Shown here: positions 1-9,366 of the stretch, piece after piece | Layout of the letters: every line of letters begins with the position of its first letter | How positions within the stretch are numbered: position 1 is the first letter of the stretch | Program-made: the position numbers and the translations under genes | NCBI RefSeq assembly: GCF_000143415.4 | Contig: NW_003314264.1 | Span: forward strand, 2,675,710 to 2,739,709 | DNA: 64,000 bases | Reading direction: 5' to 3' | Origin: Selaginella moellendorffii | Taxonomy: Eukaryota > Plantae > Lycopodiophyta | Notes under the pieces: generated by a model | Databases searched by the model: none | The model's input: only the letters and a program-made list of their open reading frames with translations | What the model was told of the DNA's origin: nothing

Positions 1-792
1 ATATGTAACACTAAGGTTTAAGAACATTAATATTACTCAGAGCCAGAGAAATGGCTCCTGGGTGTGCTGGAGGGTTTTGGATTGGAATTGGTTCCACCAG
101 ATGAGGCCTTGGCCATCAATGGTGCCATTGTTTCCTGGAAAAATCAAGTGTTTTTCAATTGATCACTAAGCATTTATAGATACCCAATTGCAACATTGGT
201 GATTGATGCAAGCTTGTGTATCTCTTCCTTGGAAGCTCTCTTCCTCACCTATACAATGGCAATGGATCAAGCACAGGCCAATCTTAAGGATCCTAGCGAA
301 GAAATCCAGGAAAAAATCATTTTTTATTTTCCGTGCTAGAACTCTTCTTACCTTGGAGGTGAGGATTGTGGCATCCTGTTGTAAGAAGAAAATCATGTGG
401 CTCATGAGATTGAAGCATCTGGTGAGCTGATCATCATGCCTCCCAGCTCGCCAAAGCTGCCAATGTGATCAATTGCCTTCTGGAACACCTTGGTGTTAAG
501 TGTGATCCCATTGCTCACCCCCCTACATTTCAAAGGAGTCACGAACATCATTAGAATGCCTATTTCAAACTATTGCTATAAGTGTTTCCTAGAGAGAAAG
601 AAGAAAAGAAAAATGAATTCCTCAAAGACTATCTAAAGCGAAAGAAAAGGCATCAAAAACCAATATGGTATGCATCCCAGGCAATCATAAGCAATTCTTA
701 TGTGGCAAGTATTAGAGCTTTAAGTGAGAACTTATAATGGCAGCACTTTGCCTTGAATTTACACTTGCTTTCTTCTTAATAGTTATACTTGA

Positions 793-1887
793 TGTAGCGC
801 ATGTGGTTTTTCCCCTTTATCCTATGGTGATTTACTATAGGATAACACCACGAAGTGGAACCGAAACCCTCTATGTGCCTAAGGTGGCATTCTCCATTCA
901 TAACCATGTTACATAAGGACCACAGCAAGAAACAACTTCATATGTGGAACCCAAGGTTCAGGGCCTTGGGCCACTAAACGAAGGAATGGTGCCAAACTCC
1001 CAAGCATGGAGCCAATGAGTGATGGAACTGAATCACGGAGCAACTCTCGAGCATACAGCCCAAGGAGTGAAGGGATAGGAGCCCAGAGCGACTTGGAACA
1101 GTCCTAGAGAAACCAACATCCCTTTGCCAAGACTAGCATGCAAAACGGAGTCAAACAGAATCTGGTACTATTTCGGCATACCGGTGGCCTAACGCAAGGA
1201 CATGGGTACTCCACCAGCTAGCATGGAATGGAACTTGGGCTTAGACCCAAGCTAAACGTAGAACAAGGACAGGCACGCAAGTGGGAGCTAAACTATGCCT
1301 CAAGTTAGTTGGCTATGCTCAACCTACCCACTATCCCTACTATACATTTGAAACCCCCCCCACCCCCCCCCCTTGAGGAACACACGCTTTGGGCTTTCAC
1401 CCCAAGCCTCCTTTAGTATCAAGAGTTAGTTTCTAGGACAAGCTCGAAACTTACTAAATATGGAATCCGTCGATATGCTAAATGAGCAAATCTATACACT
1501 TTCCATAAATAGCATTTAGGACCAAAATGAGACTAACACAAAAGGCATGATAGTGAGGGTGTTTTGCAGACATGGTAAGCTATTATTTAGTGAATATTGA
1601 GGGACCAATCTCAATATTGCAGGGGTTCTTGATACTAGCAAGTGCAAGCCAATGACAGGAGTTTCTCAATCTAGGCCAAGTATGCTCGGCAAAAAACACA
1701 TAGGGTTCCTACCTTATGTTTATCCGATTTAAGTGCATGGTCATTGACTAGTTTCTCAACTAGCTCAAGTGGGAACTAATAATGGGCCCAGCAATACCGA
1801 CCTCTTGCCGTCATGGCAGTAAGGAAAGAATATCCGAAAGGATTAGCCGACAGGTAACTTTCGATACCCGAAGTCACATTCGCGACA
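793..1887 (-). repeat. 3' LTR of element A
   Basis: Aligns end to end with 23573-24719; adjacent to the PPT. Confidence 0.92.
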
Positions 1888-1900
1888 CTCTCCCCCCCTA
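1888..1900 (-). other. Polypurine tract of element A
   Basis: CTCTCCCCCCCTA reads TAGGGGGGGAGAG on the minus strand, abutting the LTR. Confidence 0.85.
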
Positions 1901-2256
1901 GGGAAGATCAACGTCTTCGTCGATGCATACTCCAGTCTAGAATACCGCCAAGGAAACAACTCCAGAAAAAGTTCACGGTATTCACACTATATGAGAAATG
2001 CACCAACTTAAATGAGTTGGGGTAACCTCTTTATCTAACGCGGATGCACTACCCACTCAAACACCTTCCGGCCATTGCCGACAAGGAAATGACTAACGGA
2101 GTTAGCCACCCTTGCTGTTTTAGGTGTCACCCATCTTACAAAAGTGTGATATGCCCCTGCCCGCAAAGACATAGAGAGAGAAGCCACAGGCCCCAACCCT
2201 CATGAGCAAAGAAACCAAACCTGTCGGTAAGGTTTAGATAGACTACTGTAAATAGG

Positions 2257-3428
2257 TGTAAGGAACCAACTCCCCGAGGTGTCGTAGGCTAAAGGATCCC
2301 CGAAAGCATGACTGAAATGATAAAGAGTTCATCAGGTGGGACCGAGTCTGAGATCGAGTCTAAGACCGACTATAAGACGAAGTTCAAGATAGAGTCAGGA
2401 ATCGAGTCCGAGGCTGACTCGGAGACCAAGTTCGAGACTGAGTTCAAGACCGAGTTTGAGACAGAGTCCGAGATCCAAGATCGGGTCCGAGATTGAGTCC
2501 GAGGTCGAGTCCAAAGTCGAGTTCAAGATCGGGTCCGAGATCGAGTCCGAGATCAAGTTCGAGACCGAGTCCGAAGTCGGGTCCGAGATCGGGTCCGAGA
2601 TCGAGTCTGAGACTGAGTCCGAGTACTAATACAGGTCAAGGGGGGAAAGCCCAAAGCGGGCGTCTCCCCGAGGGGGGTGGGGGGGGGGGAGGGGCTGCAG
2701 GGGGTTCCAAAAGTATAGTAGGGATAGTGAGGTCCAGGAACCAGTCTTGAAGGAACTCTTCAGTGGTGCTTCCAAACTGACTTGAGGTAAAGACTGGGGC
2801 CGAGGGGCTTTGGGTGGGAGTGAGCATGAACTCGGGTGGTGCCGGAAGGGCCACCCAAGGAAGTGCTCAAGAGCAGCTCCCACTCCCGAAAGGGAAACCA
2901 ACTATGGTGCTCCCGGCTCATATGGAGTGGTGCCCCACTTGAGTACCTTGTGGCTCATTGGTCTTCGCCCTTCCTAGGGGCTTGGGCCTTCCCTTTGGGA
3001 TGGAAGTGGGGGGTAGAGGTACCCATACCCGGCCGTTAGGCCACAGTGTTTTGCCCCGGTGTCCCGAAGCAAGTGTTACATCCAAGGTTTGGGATTTAGA
3101 GGGTCCCATAATCAAGTCTTGTGGTACCAAAGGATGTTAGGAACCTGGAGGCTTGGTGTGCTTGGCTGCTTGTGCTTGCGGGGAGTGTAGCTGAACCTTA
3201 AGTCTAGTCTAACCCGGGGATGGGGATTGGGAGAGATTTGGGAATTTGTGGATGGATGGTTAACACTTCGTTGCTTGTGCAGTGCGTAGTTGAAACCAAG
3301 TAGGACCAAGTAGGAACTAGTACAATAGGTGGGAACCTTGGCGAGGGAACTTAGCAAAAGCCAAGGCAGTGTTGGTTGGATAGACTAGATAAGCTGATAA
3401 ATTGGAAAGGAAAAATTTGTGGCTTACA
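2257..3428 (+). repeat. 5' LTR of B, with degenerate 6/12-bp GAGTCC/GAGATC array at ~2340-2625
   Basis: Direct repeat of 8639-9366 plus 444 bp that the 3' LTR lacks. Confidence 0.95.
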
Positions 3429-3431
3429 ATT

Positions 3432-3444
3432 TGGTATCAGAGCC
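3432..3444 (+). other. Primer-binding site (tRNA-iMet) of B
   Basis: TGGTATCAGAGCC, 3 nt after the LTR end. Confidence 0.92.
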
Positions 3445-6400
3445 TTTTCTTTAGTTATAGTGAAGGATAGAGGCGGATTGTTGGGAGATGGCAAAGGTAG
3501 GGCAGAAACGAATCAAGGTGGAGACAGAACCTCATCCAGAGCTGGAGCCTCCGGTCAAACAAGAGGCTATGGATGAGGAATCCTTGCATGAGGAGGACTC
3601 TAGTGAGGAAACTTCCAAACAGGAGTCCGGTGGTGAGGTTCGGTCGTCCAAGGCTCGATTGAATGTTCTGGAAGGACAATTGGCACAGACCAATGCCTTG
3701 CTGGAGACTCTCGTACACAAGTTAAAGCGTGACTAGAAGCGGAAGAAAAGGCAAAAGACTGCGGATGCTGGCAATGCAGAAGGTGTGGACCCTTCGGCAG
3801 GGACTGAGGCAAAACCAAACAAGGTCAAACAGACCGAAGTGGAATCAATCCCTCAGGCAGTTCCCAAGTACAAACCAAAGCCCCCACCGGTCTTCAAGGG
3901 AGTGAACGATTATAAGGTGGTGGAGGATTGGTTTTACGATATGGAGGATTACTTTCGTGCATTGCGGTTACCAAGCTCGGAGAAGGTCCTATGTGCAAAA
4001 CCATACTTGGCGGATAATGCCAAGTCTTGGTGGAGAACGACGGAGGCCAACGAAGGACCGGTGGCCACTTGGGAAATGATGAAGGCGAGGATCCGCGTGA
4101 CATACGTTCCTCCGAATGCTACTCTGCACCTAGGATGAGCTAAGTAGGCTGAAGCAAACCAGAACCATTCAAGAGTATGTGAATGGATTTATGACAAAGA
4201 GGATACTAGTCACGGATATGGGTGATATGGATGCGTTCCATGCCTTTATATCAAGCTTGCAAACTTGGGCTTGCGGCGAGGTGATGTGTTGGAACCCGAG
4301 CAATTACAAAAAAGCGTTGGATGCGGCTATCAAGGTGTATTTCAATGATAACCTGTGAAAGGGAAACACGACGGGGTCGGGGTCCACGTTTAGCAAAGGG
4401 GCCAAACCAAGGGGAACATATAACAAAGGGAAATTCAAGAAGAGTTTCTCTAAGAATGAGTCCTTGGAGTTCCGGAAAGGTAGATCCGGTGGCCAGCAAG
4501 CGAGTACGTGGGGGAGTCAAGCAAAAAGAAACAAACCTACGGATAAGAAAGGCAAGTCGGTTAGTAGTGTGGGAAACAACGTATGCTACAACTGCGGTGA
4601 AGCGGGATACTTCTCGAGGGAATGTCCCTACCCGAAGAAGGCCAAAGCCAATATGGCCATTAAGTCGGGTGAAATCCAAACTGAGGTACGTGATTTAGTC
4701 CCTAACTCAAAGTTACTCATTACACGAACAACTTTGGTAGAGAGTCGTTCGTGACATCTACTAGCCCTCCGAGGGAAGCTTGGAGGTAGCTTTGTTAAGA
4801 TCTTTATTGACACGGGTGCTTCAGATAATTTTGTGGCTGCAGACATAGTCCGCCAAGCCGGACTAACGGTGCAGCGGCTGGGCAAACCAAGGACTATAGA
4901 ATTTGTTCAAGGCAGCCAAAGCACCGATGAAATACTTCAACAAGCGAGAGTCGAAGTAGGGACATGGAAAGTAGACATGGATTTCACCGTGTTGGACATG
5001 GCAGGATTTGACGTAATCTTCGGGATGGATTGGTTCAATCGATTCGTGGTAGCCCTGCATGGACAAGGTAGGAACCTTGTGTACTAGCGAATGCCCAAAG
5101 AAGAAGATCTAGGGTGGAGGCCCAAGATCTAAAGGTAGGGCAATGCAAGGCTAAAGATTCCTGCCTAAACCTAGTGTCCATGAGAGGACAACTCACTAAA
5201 GAAACCAAGGTAGCATTTTTGTGCTTACTTTCGGTGAAGAGTGATAAAAAGATGGGAATGGAAGAAGTACCTTTAATGATCCAGTGGGTGTTGGATCAAT
5301 TCCAGGATACCATGCCGAAGGAGCTACCGGCGGGGTTACCCCCCGCACGACCGATAGAACATAAGATTGAGTTGGTTGAGGGTGTTGAGGCGATGGTTCG
5401 TCCCCCCTATCGTTTGAACGAAAAGGAATTCGAGCAGCTCAAGTGCCAACTAGAGGAGTTGGTGGACAAAGGGTATGTTAGGTTGAGCAAGTCGCCATAT
5501 GAGGCACCGGTGTTATTTGTGAAAAAGAAAGATGGATCTATGCGCATGTGCATAAACTACCGGTTGCTCAACAAGTATACAAAAAAGAACAAGCACCCTT
5601 TGCCAAGGATTGAGGACTTGTTTAATAGGTTGGGAAAGGCAAAATACTTCTCGAGGATTGACCTAAAATCAGGATACTACCAAATCAGGGTAGCAGAGGA
5701 AGATGTCGAGAAGACAACCTGTTGAACAAGGTATGGGAGCTTTGAGTTTTTGGTGATGCCCTTTGGGTTATGCAATGCGCCGGCAATGTTTTTGGTGTTG
5801 ATGAACCACATCTTTGTACCCTATCTGGATCACTTTGTGGTCATCTATATTGACGACATCCTGATCTATAGCGAAACGCTAGAGAAGCATGCTGAACACT
5901 TGATGAAAGTGTTTGAGAAATTAAAGGAACACCAACTGTATGCTAACGAGAGCAAATGTGACTTTGCTCAACAAGAGGTAAAGTTTCTTGGGCATGTGGT
6001 GGGCAAGGACGGGCTCAAAGTGGACCCTGAAAAGGTCCAAGCGATCCAGGATTGGGAGTGACCATCGAATGTACACGAGTTAAGGGCATTCTTGGGGCTA
6101 TGCAACTACTACCAAAAGTTTATCAAACACTATTCGAGAGTAGCCCTACCCTTAACGGACCAAACGGGAAAAGGGAAGATAGTATGGACAGCCGAATGTG
6201 AAGGGCATTTGTCCACCTCAAAGGGAAGTTGAGGAAGGCTCTCGTGTTGGCATTACCAAACTTTAGTAAAGACTTTAAGGTAGAATCGGATGCTTTAGAC
6301 TTTGCATTGGGCGCAGTTTTGAAGCAACACAACCATCCAATAGTATTCTTCTCGAAGAAGTTGGACAAGGCTCAACGAAAATGGCCTGCCCACGAGAAGA

Positions 6401-7354
6401 AATTGTTTACGGTGGTTAAAGTGCTCAAGGAGTGGCGACACTACCTTGGGAGACACTTCAAGGTTTACACGGACAATGTGGCAACGAAACACTTCTTGTC
6501 ACAGCCCGACCTGAGGGGAAACAAGGTTAGTGGGCCAATGTTTTGGCCGAGTTTGATTGCGAGATTCTGTACAAGCCTGGGAAGAGCAACATCATGGTAG
6601 ATGTGCTAAGTCGAAAAGCAAGCTTGAAGTTGGTGATATCCAGTGCAACAACAACCTTTTGGGATGATGTGCGGATAGCATATGAGAATGATGGTCTAGC
6701 ACAAGAAGTGTTGCTGCGGAATCTAGAGGCACGGGAAGCTCACCAGAGAGATGAGTTGCCAACGGAAGAGAAAATAGGCTATGCGGAATGCAATGGACTC
6801 ATCTATTACAAGTAAACGAGGGTGTATGTCCCAAAAGGGGAACTAAGGAAGGTAGCCTTAAAAGAGTGTCATAATGGACCTCTTGCAGGACACGGCGGAG
6901 TGCCCAAGATGATGGGCTTACTCAAGAGGAAGTATCATTGGCCAGATATGGTTAAGGACGTCCAAGACTATGTAAAGACATGTTCAACATGTCAGCAGGT
7001 CAAAGCCGTGACTAAGGCTAGTGGGGGCTTGTTGCAAAGCATCCCAATTCCAGATTGTCAGTGGAAATGTCTTACGATGGACTTCATCACGGGACTCCCC
7101 CCAAGCGAGGGGTTCGATGCGATATTCGTGGTGGTGGACCGTTTCGAAGATGGCACATTTCATACCCACCACAATGGAAGTGGATGCAGAAGGTGTGGCA
7201 AAGCTGTTCTTCGAATAAGTAGTTTGAGTGCGGGGAAGGCCAGAAGAGATTATCTCAGACCGAGATAAAATCTTCACTAGTAAGTTCTGGAGAACTCTCC
7301 TGGAACAATATCACACCAAGTTGAAATTCAGCACAGCCTATCACCCACAAACAG

Positions 7355-7401
7355 GTATGGGGTATTAAGTCAGGTTTGATGGCACTAACACTTCTTGACA
7401 G
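7355..7401 (+). other. Putative spliceosomal intron (47 nt) in the integrase core
   Basis: CAG|GTATGG...CACTAAC...TTCTTGACAG|AC. Excision restores [16 protein letters not shown]. Confidence 0.8.
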
Positions 7402-7819
7402 ACGAACAAACGGAAAAGGTGAATAGGCAGCTGGAGGATTATTTGCGATGTTATGTCTCGGGAGACCAAACCGATTGGGTAAGTCATTTGGGACTTGCGG
7501 AAATGTGTTATAACAACTCACCACATTCGAGTATCGAGGTGAGTCCATGGGAAGTCATCAATGGGCGAGCTATTGAAGGTCCTGTGGAACTCGGCATAGC
7601 CGAGTATCATGGAGAGTTACCCGCAGTGGAGGCATTCATAGCAGAAAGACTCAACATTTAGAATCTAGTGAGGGATTCCTTGGAACAAGCTCAACAAAGG
7701 CAAACCAAATACGTGAACCAGAAGCGTCGGGATGTAGAGTTCTAAGCTGGGGAGAAGGTGTGGCTGAATAGCAAGAACCTCAGGCTGCGAAGTGGGATCA
7801 GCCGAAAGTTGACCCAAAG

Positions 7820-7868
7820 GTAAAAATGCATGTATTCCTGGAAATGAGATCTTGAGTTCCTTGAGCAG
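7820..7868 (+). other. Putative spliceosomal intron (49 nt) in the integrase GPY/F region
   Basis: AAG|GTAAAA...TTCCTTGAGCAG|G. Excision restores RKLTQRFAGPYKI. Confidence 0.8.
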
Positions 7869-8343
7869 GTTCGCAGGGCCTTACAAGATTGAGGCACAAA
7901 TCGGTAAAGTGGCTTACCGTCTCCGACTTCCTCGAAAGATGGGGAAGATGCACCTAGTATTCCATGTGAACTTACTCAAGCCATACTTTGAGGATCCGCT
8001 TCGCAAGGACCAAGTAAGACCTTTACCTGAGGTTATCCAAGGGGAGGAGGAATACGAAGTTGAGGCCATCCTCAATGCACGCAAGAGCAAGCAACAAGGA
8101 CGCGAGGTGAGAGAGTTCCATGTGAAGTGGAAAGGATTTTCACACTGCGAAGCAACATGGGAACCGGAGGAGAACCTAGCAAACGCGCGAGATTTAGTGG
8201 AGGAATTTCTGCAAGGCAGAACTCTATGTACTTATGCAAAGTTCAATTAAAGTATCAATTTGTGAAGTTGAGCAATGGCATGTGTTAGGACCCGAAGGCG
8301 TGTCGAAGGTAAGCTAATTAACATGGGTTAGCTAGGTCGCCCA

Positions 8344-8590
8344 GGCGTAGGAAACTACGCCGACTCCCTACGGGGATGTCAAATCCATAGACATATTCTA
8401 CGGAGGTTGGGTTCGAGTCCCAACCCCCTAGTAAAGCAAGGCTAGGTTCAAGTCCCAACCCCATACTAGGGCGTGGTGAGGTGAGGGGTATAGGGACACT
8501 TATATCCTGTTGTCATGAGCTCTTAGTTGGGGAGGCTAACTTAGGCACACCGTTAAATGGGGGGATGCCCCCAGAGACATGGTCAACAAG
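8344..8590 (+). other. Structured RNA cis-element in the 3' internal region of B, shared with C 16321-16735
   Basis: A series of hairpins conserved between B and C with compensatory changes, including two T-loop-like TTCRAGT loops. Confidence 0.65.
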
Positions 8591-8623
8591 TCGTAGGATA
8601 CAATGTGGGCATCAAACTTCTTC

Positions 8624-8638
8624 TATGGGTGGTGGAGT
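8624..8638 (+). other. PPT of B
   Basis: TATGGGTGGTGGAGT abutting the 3' LTR; identical to the PPT of C. Confidence 0.85.
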
Positions 8639-9366
8639 TGTAAGGAACCAACTCCCCGAGGTGTCGTAGGCTAAAGGATCCCCGAAAGCATGATTGAAAT
8701 GATAAAGAGTTGAGGTAAACTGACTTGAGGTAAAGACTGGGGCCGAGGGGGGTGGGAGTGAGCATGAACTCGGGTGGTGCCAGAGGGGCCACCCAAGGAA
8801 GTGCTCAAGAGCAGCTCCCACTCTCGAAAGGGAAACCAACTACAGTGCTCTCGGCTCATGTGGAGTGGTGCCCCACTTGAGTACCTTGTGGCTCATTGGT
8901 CTTTGCCCTTCCTAGGGGCTTGGGCCTTCCCTTCGGGATGGAAGTGGGGGGTAGAGGTACCCATACCAGGCCGTTAAGCCATGGTGTTTCGCCCCAGTGT
9001 CCCGAAGCAAGTGTTGCACCCAAGGTTTGGGATTTAGAGGGTCCCATGATCAAGTCTTGTGGTACCAAGAGATGTTAGGAACTTGGAGGCTTGGTGTGCT
9101 TGGCTGCTTGTGCCTGCAAGGAGTGTAGCCGAACCTTAAGTCGAGTCTAACCCGGGGATGGGGATTGGGAGAGATTTGGGAATTCGTGGATGGATAGCTA
9201 ACACTCTGTTGCTTGTGCAGTGAGTAGCTGAAACCAAGTAGGACCAAGTAGGAGCTGGTACAATAGGCGGGAACCTTGGCTAGGGAACTTAGCAAAAACC
9301 AAGGCAGTGTTGGTCGGATAGACGAGGTAAGCTGGTAAATTGAAAAGGAAAAATTTGTGGCTTACA
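8639..9366 (+). repeat. 3' LTR of B (internally deleted)
   Basis: Matches the 5' LTR except for loss of 2330-2773. Confidence 0.95.

Larger units (their letters stand above)
3488..8250 (+). pseudogene. gag-pol polyprotein of B, disrupted by stops and frameshifts and interrupted by intron-like inserts
   Basis: Gag (WFYDMEDYF..AKSWW), zinc knuckle CYNCGEAGYFSREC, protease [31 protein letters not shown], RNase H VESDA/YTDN, integrase H-H-C-C, MDFI, ISDRD, GPY motif, chromodomain YEVEAIL..VKWKGF..TWEP. Confidence 0.95.
2257..9366 (+). mobile_element. Ty3/gypsy chromovirus B (gag-PR-RT-RH-INT-chromodomain), decayed, nested in A
   Basis: LTRs 2257-3428 and 8639-9366 (TGTAAG...TTACA). TSD ATAGG at 2252-2256 and 9367-9371. 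PBS and PPT present. Gypsy domain order. Confidence 0.97.

Noticed and set aside
1-790. Short ORFs at the window start and at 24725-25130 (sequence interrupted by A)
   Set aside because: No recognisable domain; probably decayed repeat, cannot be assigned.
5080-5180. Possible intron between protease and RT
   Set aside because: The frame change is explained by a 1-bp indel near 5080, and the linker reads plausibly without splicing.
8228-8335. Further splice-like signals after the chromodomain (GTACTT..TTAG; AAG|GTAAGC)
   Set aside because: No conserved motif to test restoration, and the second candidate would be only ~27 nt.
8405-8425. tRNA gene or SINE at the GGTTCGAGTCC motifs
   Set aside because: No A box or cloverleaf found; treated as hairpins within the retroelement RNA element.
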